A stretch of 64,000 nt of DNA from a virus, in the IMG/VR virus record IMGVR_UViG_3300027822_000294. One strand, given 5' to 3'. Below the pieces are notes generated by a model that did not search any database, had not been told where the DNA came from, and saw nothing but the letters and a program-made list of their open reading frames with translations. Positions 48,065-60,400 of this stretch are shown one piece after another. Position numbers and translations under genes: made by a program. Each line of letters opens with the position of its first letter. The stretch's first letter is position 1.

Positions 48065-49282
48065 TTAATTTAGACTTATTTTACTCCCTTTAATATTTAC
48101 GTCCCCAGCAGCTTCCAAATTTATATCTCCATCTGCGTTAATATTTATATCACCCTCAACATTTACATTCCAATCTCCACTTATTTCTTCGTTTTTATCA
48201 TCTTCAACAGTTATGTTATAATCCTTTTCTATTGTAAGATTTTTTTCACCCTTTATATCTATATTACAATCCTTTTCAATCTTCTCATTCTTTTCACCAT
48301 TTACATAGATACAAAGATGTCCTTCTTCAAGTGTAAGTTTTACATTACCAGATTTACCACAACGTATTACAAAATCGTTATCTGTTTTATTATCTTTATT
48401 TACATATAATTTATAGCCAGCGTCTATAGTTTCCCATTTATTATTTTCAACGTGGTCAAATACATTTTTCATTCCAACAAAATAATAATCATTTACAATT
48501 TTATTTACTTCCATACCATCAGGGAATATCTCTTTAAATGTTCCAGTTCTATGAGCAATATGAATTCTTTCTTTTCCTACTGTATCATCTAGTTCAAAAA
48601 TATGTCCCGATTCCGTTTCTAAAACATTATTATAAGGATATTGGGTATCATATTTTGTTTCTGGTTCTGTAAATTTTTCTTCGTCAACATTTTTATCTTC
48701 GCCTAAACCAGTTGTTGTATGTTTTGATGTGGGTATATCTTTTTGCCCTATATCAATCCAATCTTTCTTTTGTTGTATAAGTGTTTTATCTATATTTTCA
48801 TTTCGTATTAATCTACTTGTAAGTTGTTCATTATCATAATCTTTATTAGGATATTCTTTTCCCTCATCTTCTTCTTCAATCGTTGTACCACTACCGTCAT
48901 CTTTTAATTCAATTTTTTTAGGTATCTTAGGGCGAGTATCTATATCTTCTTTATTATCCTCTGAAAATCCGCCAGTTTCGCTAGTATTAAAATATGGAAT
49001 AGTTCCAAAAATCATCGGCTCTTGAGCAAGTTTTCCGTCTGCAAAAAAACCAAAAACTTGGTCTTGTTCTTTAGGTACAGAAAAAAATGGGTTATTACCA
49101 TAAGGGAAAATGGGATAAGCCCATATTAAATCTTCCGTTGGCATTTCTGTCGTATTATTATTATGAAAACCTACAATTCTAATCTTAATTCTACCAATTA
49201 ACAATGGGTCAAATCTTGATTCTACAATCCCTATAAACCATATAAAATCGTTGAGACCTTTGAAATAATTTTTATTTTTCAA
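48065..49282 (-). CDS. gp5: Baseplate central spike gp5, no lysozyme domain
   Basis: WFIGIVESRFDPL.IGRIKIRIVGFH OB fold, QYPYNNV.ETESGH..E.DDT, C-terminal 8-aa beta-helix repeats. Confidence 0.9.
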   Translation of the reverse strand: MKNKNYFKGLNDFIWFIGIVESRFDPLLIGRIKIRIVGFHNNNTTEMPTEDLIWAYPIFPYGNNPFFSVPKEQDQVFGFFADGKLAQEPMIFGTIPYFNTSETGGFSEDNKEDIDTRPKIPKKIELKDDGSGTTIEEEDEGKEYPNKDYDNEQLTSRLIRNENIDKTLIQQKKDWIDIGQKDIPTSKHTTTGLGEDKNVDEEKFTEPETKYDTQYPYNNVLETESGHIFELDDTVGKERIHIAHRTGTFKEIFPDGMEVNKIVNDYYFVGMKNVFDHVENNKWETIDAGYKLYVNKDNKTDNDFVIRCGKSGNVKLTLEEGHLCIYVNGEKNEKIEKDCNIDIKGEKNLTIEKDYNITVEDDKNEEISGDWNVNVEGDININADGDINLEAAGDVNIKGSKISLN

Positions 49283-50688
49283 TGTTCCCCTTCTTCTTTG
49301 TACTCATAGTTTAATTCAACATTGTAGCTTTCTTTGTGAAGCAATAACCTATGACTGTAAGCATTTCCTACGTCTATAGTATGTTGAATTTCTAAAATAA
49401 TATATCTTCCAGCATAATATTTTCGTTCATTTTCTTCGTCTCCAACTGTACCACTTAATCTTGGTAAAAAAACATAAACTAAATCCCCAACGGTTCTTGT
49501 AATTTTTCCATTTACATTTATAACTAAAAGATTATTTGACCACATTTGATTTTGAGCAATATTTTGTGGTAAATACTCTTCTATATATGTGGGATATATT
49601 ATTTCATCAGAATATTTTTTAAAAGCGTCATTTTCATTTTGCTTATATCTCGTAAAAAGATAACTTAAAACAGCATTGTCATCGACATCTAAATCTTCTT
49701 TTTGTGTAAACCACTGTTCTTCTTCATCTTTAGTATGTTGAAAATCTTTGAACTCATCAGCTAATTTAAAAGTTTGAGTATTATATTTACCTTGATAAAA
49801 GTCATAAGTAATTATTTTATTAGCATAAATCCCAGAAGTCATATTTGTTAAATTATCTTTTTTTAAAAATTGATATTTTATTATATTTTCTTCCGTTAAA
49901 TTATGTGTTGAATAAACATCGGAAATCAATACGTTTTGCCATCTAAAAATTTCTTTTACTCCTTCTATTGTTTCTTTTGAATCATCATTATTCGTAGCTT
50001 CTTTTTCGGGTTTTGTTTCATTACCTTTTTTTATTAGTTCTTGAAGACTTTTAAAAAAATAACCTTTGGTTGTTTGAAAAAATCTTATATCACAACCAAC
50101 AAATTCATCTAATACAACTCTATTAGCTAAAGTATTGATAGCAGAATACGGTGGAGACCAACTAAAATTGTGTTGAATATTATATTTTGTTGTTGTAAGT
50201 TCTTTTAATTCTAATTCACTTTTTATATAATTTGTAAAAATATCTTGAACTATATCCTCCGCCTTTTCATCTACATAACTTTTTGAAAACTTTCGTTTTA
50301 AATTGTTTATATAATCTGGTGAAATTAAATGTAATTTATATGATGTTGACCTTTCTTTTACAGACTTTATATCGCTTACTTGATAAACTCTAAATTTAAA
50401 AGTAATCTCATCTTCTTCTTCGTTATCTTTCGGTTCATCTTCTTTATCTTGTTTATTATATTTATTAAAAGTAATTTCAAGAAACTCCTCACCAATTATA
50501 GGGAATTTTTCATAAATATCTTCTAAATCTACAATAACTGCTTCGCCTCTAATATAATTAGTAAAAAAAGACTCTGTATATGAAAAATTAACAATCATAT
50601 TTCGTATATCTAATTTTTCATCGTGATTGAGAGTAGAAAGTTCACATTTGAGAAACTCTATTTGGTACTTGTAAATTGTGAATGGCAT
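49279..50688 (-). CDS. Baseplate hub protein (gp27-like)
   Basis: ESFFTNYIRG, FPIIGEE, FFQTTKGYFFKS, RTVGDLVY, YAGRYIILEIQH. Lies between gp53 and gp5. Confidence 0.7.
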   Translation of the reverse strand: MPFTIYKYQIEFLKCELSTLNHDEKLDIRNMIVNFSYTESFFTNYIRGEAVIVDLEDIYEKFPIIGEEFLEITFNKYNKQDKEDEPKDNEEEDEITFKFRVYQVSDIKSVKERSTSYKLHLISPDYINNLKRKFSKSYVDEKAEDIVQDIFTNYIKSELELKELTTTKYNIQHNFSWSPPYSAINTLANRVVLDEFVGCDIRFFQTTKGYFFKSLQELIKKGNETKPEKEATNNDDSKETIEGVKEIFRWQNVLISDVYSTHNLTEENIIKYQFLKKDNLTNMTSGIYANKIITYDFYQGKYNTQTFKLADEFKDFQHTKDEEEQWFTQKEDLDVDDNAVLSYLFTRYKQNENDAFKKYSDEIIYPTYIEEYLPQNIAQNQMWSNNLLVINVNGKITRTVGDLVYVFLPRLSGTVGDEENERKYYAGRYIILEIQHTIDVGNAYSHRLLLHKESYNVELNYEYKEEGEH

Positions 50689-50692
50689 ATTT

Positions 50693-51478
50693 TTATACCT
50701 TTTCTTGTTTTATTATTTTTGTCACTTCACTTTGAATGTTTGATATAAATTTCTTATTAAGAGTTTTAATCCTTCTTTTATTTTCATTTCCAAAAAACTC
50801 ATAATTATAATTAGAAACAACTTGTCTTTCTGATTTTTCTAATGTAAAAAAAATATCTCTATCTATAATGGTATTTGTTTTTGTATTAAGATAATGATGG
50901 GGAGCGTTAATATATAACATTTTATTATCTACTATAACATTACCTTCTATTATATTCCCTGTTTGTTCATCAATTTTTTTAGCTGTATATTTTTTATTTA
51001 ATTCCAAAAAATTATTATTACATACTAAATAATTATTTGGTATATTTATTTCTGTAACATAACAAACGTGTTTTCCATTTCGTTCTGTTGTTGGACAATC
51101 AGCTAAAATATTCATTCCCTTTAAAATAAATCCATCTTGTTCTTTTATTTCATACGCAAATCCTTTGTATTTTTCAGATAAAATATTACTTAACATAGCG
51201 TTATCAACACCAACATCAAATCGTGGGTCTAGTAAATTATTCATTAACATAAGTATCCAATGCTGGTCAACATCATCATATAAATTAAAACTAAAATTCT
51301 CTAGTTTATTTTCAAATTCTTCTCCAATACGATTATATTCATAAACAGAAATATTATTTTTTATATATTCTTTTATTTTTATTCTTACAAAAATATCTCT
51401 TAAAATATATGTATCATTTTCTTTAAAAAATTTATATTCTAACGTAGGGTATTTATTTAATAATGCTTTAGTATTCAT
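50693..51478 (-). CDS. gp53: Baseplate wedge subunit gp53-like
   Basis: LRDIFVRIKI, LYDDVDQHWILMLMNNLLDP, SNYNYEFFGNENKRRIK. Confidence 0.8.
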   Translation of the reverse strand: MNTKALLNKYPTLEYKFFKENDTYILRDIFVRIKIKEYIKNNISVYEYNRIGEEFENKLENFSFNLYDDVDQHWILMLMNNLLDPRFDVGVDNAMLSNILSEKYKGFAYEIKEQDGFILKGMNILADCPTTERNGKHVCYVTEINIPNNYLVCNNNFLELNKKYTAKKIDEQTGNIIEGNVIVDNKMLYINAPHHYLNTKTNTIIDRDIFFTLEKSERQVVSNYNYEFFGNENKRRIKTLNKKFISNIQSEVTKIIKQEKV

Positions 51479-54400
51479 GTTATAGCTTTAGGGCTGGTAG
51501 GGATACTTGAAGATTTTATGCCGGTGATTGCCCTTAACAATGATATTATTGGTACAGTTTGCGGATTACTTGAATACATTGTTATTTTAATTGCAAAAGT
51601 TGAATAACCATCATAAAAAGTGCTTGTTGTTAAACTTTTATATTGAGCCAGTTCCGGGTCATCTAATTCTACATTATTAGGATAATATTCATATTCTATA
51701 ATATCATCTTCCATTTCAGAAAATTGTGTTTGTAAATTAGTTTTTAATTTCATTCTTTTATAAGGTTTATAATCAAAAGGGTCGGGGTCGTCAATATGTT
51801 TCGCTTTATAATAAACTTCAATATTAGTTCCATAAGGTTTATACGCTTCAATAAATACCCTCAATGTATTTGATATATAACCTGTTGTCAATTCAACTTT
51901 CCTCGTAATATATCTTGCCTCCGCATTACCACCAGCATTATTTGTTTCTCCGTTAATTATAATAAATGGGGATGACCCACCGCCATATACATTTATTTCT
52001 GGAGATTCATAATAACCTTTTCCACCTTCGAGGACATTTATATCTATCAATTTCCCATCATTATCAATTTTTGCTGTTGCTTTTATATCACTTCCTGTTC
52101 CAATAACTGATATACTTCCATCATAAGTATTAGGTGGATTTGTTATATCAAAACCTTCTCCGGGTTCTACTACAAAAAAATCACTATCTATCAAATCACC
52201 ATCATTTATTACATTATGGACACCAATAAAAGATGAATTTTCTATATCAATTACAGGTGATACTCTTTCATCTTCACTTTCAAGAACTATTTTTATTTTT
52301 AAATCATCAGGTTCTTTTAATCGTTTTGTGTTTATAAAATATAAGTTTTCTTTGTTAGGAAATCTATAATAATCTGTATCATATTGTCCACTAAATACAT
52401 CTACACCCCTATAATAAAAATTATTTTCCGTACTTGGTAGTTTATACATACTCGATATTTGACAATTCATTAAATGTATAGTTTCTTCTTCTTGTTTTAA
52501 ACTACTAAAATATGCCTCTCCTTTCTTTGTAATATCAAAACTAGCTCTATGAATTTTCATCATAAAATTTTCTTCTGAATCAGTTTTCCAATCCATTAAA
52601 TTCTGAGCTTTAAGTAGTAGTGGAAAATAAGGTGCGGCTGTTGCCCTAACATTTGAACCTATCACTCTTTGACCAACTTCGGATGTATAAATTTTATATT
52701 TATTAGAATGACACATAACTGCTAAAGCATATTGTTTCCCACCTCTTAAATATACCGGAGCTTCAAAAGTAAATGTTGTAGGATTTTCATTTATTTCTTT
52801 AACATTTTTAGGTTTTGAAATAACAATAACATCTTCCGGTTCAAGTTCAATTTCTGAAAAAGGTAAAGAATGACATATATCTGGATAATCATTATCCGCT
52901 GGTCTTATTTCAACTTTTATAGAAAAATCTTCGTCTTTATCTTTAAAGAATAAATCAACCGATGTTATAAAACAACCTTCTGGGTATTCGTTTTCGTCTA
53001 CTGTAAAAATTTGTGAGTATGGGTCAACCCATTTTTTACTTCTTGTTGTTCCGTTTAAATCTCTATCCATTACATTATCATAAATAAATTCTGTATCTAT
53101 TGAGTTCCTACGTCTTAATAAACCTCTTACACCAAATAAACCATTTATTTCCCTCCCCCCACCAGAAGCAAAATACTCAGCATCACCATTGGTTAAAGTA
53201 TCTCTTATATTTTCTAATTTATCAAGTAACCCTTTCTTTTCTTGTGTCTTATCAATTAGTCTAAATACTTTTCTTCCTACTCGTACAGGAAAATAATTCA
53301 TTCTTGGGTGGATTGTAAATTCTCCAGCACATCTACCCCTATCATCTGTTATTAAAGGTTCTCCAACTTCTTTATAATCAAACCCCATAATAATTCCGGC
53401 CGGTAAATATGTCCAAGTTTTACCATCTTTAATATTGATGTCCCCATATCTTGTTCCAAAAATCTTTTTAATTTTTCCGGGTTCAGGAGTAAATGCTTTA
53501 GGGTCTGATATATCCGTTATTTTTAAAATATAAGATTTATCTGTTGTTTTACATTTTTTACAATATAAATCATTTAAAGCTACTCTACCAGTACCCAATC
53601 TAGTTGTACTTAATAAATGCCCTTTTTCATTAACCTCATATACCTCAACCATTTCATAAAGCCCAAATCTCCTAGAAGTTTTATAATTTATCATTACGTC
53701 TGCGGCTGGTCTTAAAGTCTTATCAACATTAATTTTATCAAAAAAAGCATTTAATTTTGTATTCGGTTTAAAAGATTTTCCGTAAAAAGCAAGTGTTCTA
53801 TCCCTAATAAGTGGTTGAATACCTAAATTTATTAGTTTTCTATCATCCTTTTTAAATATATTACTAAAATCACCGGGTTTTTTCCATTTACTTATACCCT
53901 TTCTTGTGTTTGTTTTTGTCATATCTTTAATAGCTTTTGTATATCCGTATGGGTTCATAGGATTACTAGCTCCAAATTTATCTAGTGGTGAGTTGCTTTC
54001 TTTTAATTCAGCTATTGACCTACCATACCATAATGACTCCCACTCATCCCACATTGTTCCATAACCTCGTTCTCTCATCTTTCTAGTTGTTCTATGATAT
54101 GCTTCACGTTTTCTATCTAAAATTCTTGAAATCCAGTTGTTATTTATTCCATTTATATTAGCTTTAACGTATGGTCTGTTTTCTCTACTGAACCAATTAT
54201 CTGTTCCCGGAAATAATCTAACAATTCCAAGATAAAAATTTAAAGCAAAAGGATTTACAACTTGCCATTTTGTTGCAAGTGGTTGTTCTAAAAAAGGTTT
54301 AGTTGTAAAAGGTAATGTAATAATATCATCAGCTTTTGCAACATCTTTTGAAATTTCAGGTTTATATTCTAATTCATAATTTTCATTTTCAAAAGGTGCT

Positions 54401-57400
54401 CTTAATTCATTTTTTTCATAATCAATAGCACAGTCATAATCAGGATTATTTACGTCTCCGATTGAATGTCCCTCAAAACTATCAATTAAAATTCCATTTT
54501 TAAATATTTCTTCTCCATCTTCTGTTCTTACAATTAAATTTTTAGTATCCTGTTCTAAACGTGTTAAAGAAGTATAATACTCTAATTGTTTTACCCTTTG
54601 GTCTATCTCGCCTATATCATCCATCGTATAGCCTTTATGTTCAAACATTTCAAACGTAGTTTCTATAGTATTAAATGTATAAGCTGGAACTTTAATATAA
54701 AAAAGACTTATACTATTAAAAGGTTCGTGTGGAGCTTCTGGTTTTAAACTTGATACCCCTTCTACCAACTGAAATTGATAATTTTCATTTAATATTAGTC
54801 GGTCTATTCGACCAAGATAATAACTATAATCTAAATTTAAAAATGAGTATGGAACTGGATAATCAATTTCTTCGTAGTTATCTGTCAATACTCCATTAAA
54901 ACTTTCAATATTTCCTTGCTCGTCTTTATCTTCTATTATATGTGTTATAGTTGACGTTTCATTTTCAAATATAGTATTAGACCTTTTAATTCTTAAATCT
55001 ATATAATCTCTTAATTCTAATAATTCACCACTTGAATTAGTAAAATTTGGTATATCAGCATAGTTAATATCATTATAAGAATTAACCGTTATAAGTGGTG
55101 AGTTCCCTTCATAAACGTGATTAAAGTATTCTATTATCACTAATAACTGTCCTTCTGGAGCAGGAGATAAACGTTTCAAAGTAATATTTCCATATTCATA
55201 AGTATTATCTCTTTGTCCATTATCAAAATCATAAAAATCTGCTCTATTTAAAAAAGCAATATTCCCATCTTCATCCTCTAAATCCCCTGTTATAGGATTT
55301 ATTATATAATTACTTGGAATTATAAAAATGTCAGGGTCGGCACTGTCATAAATACCTATTATTTTATGAATATCAGACGTATAAAGATTATCTGTTTTTT
55401 CTAAATGAATATTAGGAAATTTAAAATTCAAATTTCTTATATCTAATAATTTTTGTCTTTCTCTTGCGGATTGTCTGATTAAATTAACATATATATCAAC
55501 TATACCTGTAAAAGTTTTATTACTTCCAGAGTCAAATTTTATTCTTAATGTATCCGGAGCTTCAGCAGTTCTTTTTTTGTCAATAGATAAAGTTATACCC
55601 ATATCCATTAAATTTAAAAAACTTCCACCCATAAATTTAATGCCATCTGGATTTGTGTATGTTCCACTTTTTATAATAATAATATAATTTTGTGTCGCAA
55701 TAGCTCTACTTATTTCACCTTCCGCTGGTATAAAATTATCCCTAGCACTAGGAGAAAATATAGGTACACTTATTCCTGATTTTATAGAAACATTTTGATA
55801 TAATTTTTGATATTGATAAGATAAACAAGGTAATCCACCTTCATTTATGGTTTTACCTTCTTCTCTAATACTTCTTATAACGTCATAAGGCATTTTATAC
55901 AAAGTTGTATTATATTTTGTGTCGCCTAAAAAAGTTTCAACATTTTTATCTAAAGAATCTGTATCAACATCACCTTTAAATATAACATCGTGTTGTTTTA
56001 AATCAGTGATATAAGTAGAGGTTATAATCCCCATTATATCTTTTATATTTCCGCTTATCATCTGTATATCATATAAATACATTCTTATTTTTACTTTATT
56101 AGTACCAGAACTCATATAATTTTCGTGAAATACAACACTCCGAACTTTTGCGTGTCCTATTACCATTTTATCATAATCTTCTTCTGATATATTTTTGCCT
56201 GTTATAACTTTGTTTATTAGCGTTACAGTTTTATTAGCAGACACTTCAATTTTTCCTAGTAAACCCCTTAACACTATATAATTCCCAAATTGAAAATTGA
56301 TATTTTGATTTACAAGTGGATTATAAGTTCTAGCTTTTTTTACTTCAACAAAACTATCGGCAATAGTTTCAACTCGATTTCCTCTAGCATAATAAACACC
56401 GGGGTCTATTTTTATATCAAAGGTTGGGTCGTCAACACTTTCCTCTGGACTATCAATAACTTCAGGGATAAATGGGTCTATATAAAAATTACCATGTAAC
56501 TCCCTGATAGTTCTAGCAATTTCTTTTTGTATAGCTCCCCTTTCTGGATATAATGTTTGTTTTTCTACAATGCCATTTTTAATTTCTAATAATTCAATAA
56601 AATCTATATCAGGTTGGTTTATAATTCTTAACTCTTTATCATAAACTTCTATATATTCTAGTGGTCTTTTATCCAATTTTAAATCTATTTTATATCTATG
56701 TGAACCCGGAGAATTATAATTATCAACTCCTCTTGCCGGGTCTAAAAGTGAAACATCATCTTTTTCGTCAACAATTATTTCTTTAACTGCCAAACCTATC
56801 TTTCCGTTTGCTGGCTCATCTTTTGAAATAACTAATTGCTGTGCCGGACAATAAACAAAATATGAATTTATAAAAAATATCCCTTCTGAAATAAATACAT
56901 TTGTTGACACACCTGAATATTTTTGTGTCGCTGGAGCAGAATAAATTTGAAATTTAATTTGTCCGAGAATTAAATCACTTGATATTTCAACTGTATCTTT
57001 TAATAAAAAAATATCACTTGGTAAAATTTCAAGCCCACTTAAATTAGTAACGTGAATAATAAAAGGAGTATTTTCAGACTCTAATTCATAATTTAGAATT
57101 ATTATAGTTTTAGTGCCATCTTCTGTCTGAAATTTTTTACCAAGAAAAGTTTTTAATAATTCTTCGGTTATTTCTACCCCATCATAAGAATTGTTTAAAT
57201 AATAATATTCTAAATCATTTAAAAAACTCTCTCCGCCATATACGATAGAACCATTTTTAAAATTATATAAACCCTGTTTCTCTATTTGATTTTGAAGTAT
57301 AGATTGTATTTGTGTGAGTTCTCTTGCTTGAAGTGCGTATCTTCCGGGTCTAAATAATATTTTATAAAACTGTTTATTCTCATCATAATCGTCATAATAA

Positions 57401-57423
57401 GGGTTTATGTTGAATTTTTTCAT
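51475..57423 (-). CDS. Large structural protein, DUF4815/VrlC-like
   Basis: FNINPYYDDY..KQFYKILFRPG..LQARELTQIQSILQNQ, DPARG..NY..PG.HR, LEYYTSL, QPLAT, DPYSQIF. TATAAATA at 57459-57466. Confidence 0.8.
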   Translation of the reverse strand: MKKFNINPYYDDYDENKQFYKILFRPGRYALQARELTQIQSILQNQIEKQGLYNFKNGSIVYGGESFLNDLEYYYLNNSYDGVEITEELLKTFLGKKFQTEDGTKTIIILNYELESENTPFIIHVTNLSGLEILPSDIFLLKDTVEISSDLILGQIKFQIYSAPATQKYSGVSTNVFISEGIFFINSYFVYCPAQQLVISKDEPANGKIGLAVKEIIVDEKDDVSLLDPARGVDNYNSPGSHRYKIDLKLDKRPLEYIEVYDKELRIINQPDIDFIELLEIKNGIVEKQTLYPERGAIQKEIARTIRELHGNFYIDPFIPEVIDSPEESVDDPTFDIKIDPGVYYARGNRVETIADSFVEVKKARTYNPLVNQNINFQFGNYIVLRGLLGKIEVSANKTVTLINKVITGKNISEEDYDKMVIGHAKVRSVVFHENYMSSGTNKVKIRMYLYDIQMISGNIKDIMGIITSTYITDLKQHDVIFKGDVDTDSLDKNVETFLGDTKYNTTLYKMPYDVIRSIREEGKTINEGGLPCLSYQYQKLYQNVSIKSGISVPIFSPSARDNFIPAEGEISRAIATQNYIIIIKSGTYTNPDGIKFMGGSFLNLMDMGITLSIDKKRTAEAPDTLRIKFDSGSNKTFTGIVDIYVNLIRQSARERQKLLDIRNLNFKFPNIHLEKTDNLYTSDIHKIIGIYDSADPDIFIIPSNYIINPITGDLEDEDGNIAFLNRADFYDFDNGQRDNTYEYGNITLKRLSPAPEGQLLVIIEYFNHVYEGNSPLITVNSYNDINYADIPNFTNSSGELLELRDYIDLRIKRSNTIFENETSTITHIIEDKDEQGNIESFNGVLTDNYEEIDYPVPYSFLNLDYSYYLGRIDRLILNENYQFQLVEGVSSLKPEAPHEPFNSISLFYIKVPAYTFNTIETTFEMFEHKGYTMDDIGEIDQRVKQLEYYTSLTRLEQDTKNLIVRTEDGEEIFKNGILIDSFEGHSIGDVNNPDYDCAIDYEKNELRAPFENENYELEYKPEISKDVAKADDIITLPFTTKPFLEQPLATKWQVVNPFALNFYLGIVRLFPGTDNWFSRENRPYVKANINGINNNWISRILDRKREAYHRTTRKMRERGYGTMWDEWESLWYGRSIAELKESNSPLDKFGASNPMNPYGYTKAIKDMTKTNTRKGISKWKKPGDFSNIFKKDDRKLINLGIQPLIRDRTLAFYGKSFKPNTKLNAFFDKINVDKTLRPAADVMINYKTSRRFGLYEMVEVYEVNEKGHLLSTTRLGTGRVALNDLYCKKCKTTDKSYILKITDISDPKAFTPEPGKIKKIFGTRYGDINIKDGKTWTYLPAGIIMGFDYKEVGEPLITDDRGRCAGEFTIHPRMNYFPVRVGRKVFRLIDKTQEKKGLLDKLENIRDTLTNGDAEYFASGGGREINGLFGVRGLLRRRNSIDTEFIYDNVMDRDLNGTTRSKKWVDPYSQIFTVDENEYPEGCFITSVDLFFKDKDEDFSIKVEIRPADNDYPDICHSLPFSEIELEPEDVIVISKPKNVKEINENPTTFTFEAPVYLRGGKQYALAVMCHSNKYKIYTSEVGQRVIGSNVRATAAPYFPLLLKAQNLMDWKTDSEENFMMKIHRASFDITKKGEAYFSSLKQEEETIHLMNCQISSMYKLPSTENNFYYRGVDVFSGQYDTDYYRFPNKENLYFINTKRLKEPDDLKIKIVLESEDERVSPVIDIENSSFIGVHNVINDGDLIDSDFFVVEPGEGFDITNPPNTYDGSISVIGTGSDIKATAKIDNDGKLIDINVLEGGKGYYESPEINVYGGGSSPFIIINGETNNAGGNAEARYITRKVELTTGYISNTLRVFIEAYKPYGTNIEVYYKAKHIDDPDPFDYKPYKRMKLKTNLQTQFSEMEDDIIEYEYYPNNVELDDPELAQYKSLTTSTFYDGYSTFAIKITMYSSNPQTVPIISLLRAITGIKSSSIPTSPKAIT

Positions 57424-57481
57424 AGAAGTTTTTACCTTTTGTTATTTTAATTATTTTTATTTATAATAATAATCATTATTT

Positions 57482-60400
57482 TTAATTTATAAACTTATGT
57501 ATGTTCATAAGCGTATCATTTAAACCTGTGCTATCACTGACGTTTATTGTATTTGTACTAACATTATTAGTATTATTATTATTTGCAGAAACAAGATTAT
57601 TCCCTCCGCTTGTAACTTGACTTTCTTCGGTTGCTTGTTGTAATTTTAAAGTGTCTCGTTGAGCTTCTCTTTGTTGTAACATCATATATTGCTTTTCTAA
57701 CGGAGATATTACAGTAGGGATATTAGAACGCATAGTATATTGTTGTTGAAATGATTGTTTTTGTGGATTTAAAGTTAATTTTTCTTGATTTAATTTTGCA
57801 ATTTTAATTCTTTTTTTAATTTCAAAATTTGTATTTTTAGGTTTTTCAAAATCTCTTACAAAATAACTGGTTGCTTCTGATATAGTTTTAATTTCTCTTA
57901 ATAAATATTTTTTCATTTCACGTTCAGTAAAAGCATAATCTATTTGACCTCTCCAATCTTGTTTCCAATTATCTCCACCCACATAATTTTTCATTCCTTC
58001 AAACCTTGTATTATGATGTTGAAATAACCCTCCAGATGTACCAGAATCGCCCATCGCTCCTGTTCTAAAACTTGACTCTGCTTCAATATTAGCTATAATC
58101 CCCTGAGCTTGTAAAGGAGTTGTACCTTTATTATTTATTAAATAATTATATATGTCATTTTTATTAGGTTCTTTTCTTTTTAATGACGGAAATATACGTA
58201 AAGGATTAAATTTATTAGCCATATCAGTAAATGTATCATTTTTATCACTTATAGATGAAGATTTATTGATATTGTTAATATTAAATGTTGTTATTTTTTT
58301 TGAGGAAGTATCCCGACTTTCAATTTTAAATAATTTTTCAAAGGGGTCTATTATGTGTTTATTTATAATAGTAGATAATTTTGAATTTTCTGGAGAATTT
58401 ATATTATTATTAAAAGTATTAAAATTATTTTGTGGTTGTAATATTCCTGAAGAAGTTACCATCAAAAAAGAAGCCATCGCTGGAATAAAATTTTTAGTTA
58501 ATTTATCACTAAAAATGCTTGGAGTTAAATTATTTACTGTATCAGATGGGATAACTTCTTCGCCTTTATGAAGTTTATATAATCCAGTTTTATATATCAC
58601 CCCACCTTTTTCTTTTTGACCTATTACCTTTATCTCTTGTGTTGTAGAAGAAGATTGAGGGATACTTTTACCTCTTTCGAGTGTTTGAATTTTCTTGTTT
58701 AGGTCGGCAATTCCTTTTTGTTCTATTTCTTTTCCACCTACTCCGAGCCATCTTAAAGGTCTTAACATTAGATTCTGAACTCCTCGTATTTCTTCTAACC
58801 ATTCTAATTGGGCTTTTACTACTTCTTTATCTATTATTTCAGCCCTTTCTTTATCCGTTAATTGTCTTTCTTCTTCATCTTCTTTTTTAGTTATTTGACG
58901 CAATCCTTTCTTCGTACCTATATCTCTAGCTTTATCTATAATTTTAATAATAACTTCTTTTTGATTTTCGCCTCTTGTATCATCTAATTCTTCTCTTAAC
59001 TTGTTCATTTCTTTTTCATCTTCGGTTTTAACTCCGGGTATTGTAGCAATGACTGTTTTTATAGCATCAACAATTCCTGTAAATATTCCTTGTAATTTCT
59101 CCCATATTAACGTTGGTAAACTTATAAATTTTTTCCATATCCAACTTCCAAATTTTGTTAAACCTTTCCATAATAACATTGGTAATTTTAAAAATAATTT
59201 CATTATCATCATAGGGAGTGTGAAAAAAAATCCTTTTAATATTTCAAAATATAATTTTAATCCTTTCCATAATAAATCCGGTAGTGCTTTTATTCCATTC
59301 CATAATAATTTAGGAATATTTAATAAACCCTTTAATATCATTTTTACAGATTCCCATAATAATTGTCCTAATAATATTACTACATTTTTAAATATAACAA
59401 ATGATAACTTTAATACCCCCAATAACATTTTAGGAAGATTTTTTATTAATTCCCATAATAATTTTAAAGATAATTTTATAATATTTTTAAATACTTTAAC
59501 AAACCAAGTAGCTATATTTACAATCATATTTCGTAATTCAGGGATAAATTCTTGAAATTTTTGAAAAAACCCTAAAATCCAATCTACAGATTTTTTAATT
59601 ACAATACTAAACATTTGAGGTAATTTTTCTAAAAATACTGGAAATTTTTTAAACCAATCCCCCACCCATTGTATCCCTTTATACATAGTTTCGGTTTTTA
59701 CTAATCCAAGCGTCAAACCACTTAAAGCTCCAGCAGTACCTACTAATGTTTTATCAAGAGCTGTTATATTTTCTTCTTGTTTTCCTGTTATTTCCCCCGT
59801 TCGTTTTAATGCTTTAACTGCTCCAAAGGTTGCTAACCCCACAGCCGCAACTCCGGCAACTAAAGCACCAGTTGGACTTGCAATAGCTTTAACTAATTTA
59901 CTTGCTCCTGTCATAAATGTATTTTTTATACCCATTATGCCACTCGAAAACATACCACCCATTTTTTTAATATTATCACCTTCAATTATAGTCGATGTTC
60001 CAGCACCAGCAATTCCACCCAAAGCAAGTTGTAAAGCATTTGATTGTTCTCTGGTAGCTTCTCTTTGAGCTAATAAATTGTGTTCATCAGCTTGTACTGT
60101 ATCTTTTGAAAAAGAAAAACTTCTATGTACTGAATTTAATATATCTCTTAAAGTATTATATATATTATTTAAAATACTAGATAAAATATTTAAATCAGTG
60201 TCATTAAAAGAAGTTTCTTTAATATTTTCAACTTCTTTTTCTTTTATAAATGAAGGTTGAGATATTTGTTTTTCTTTTTCTTTATTATCTTTAATGGGTA
60301 TTTTCTTAATACCGTCTTCTTTCGGTACTCGTTTTTCTCTTAAACCTTCCATCAATGAATGACCTTTTTTAGCGATAAAACTTGTTGCAAGCATTAAAGC

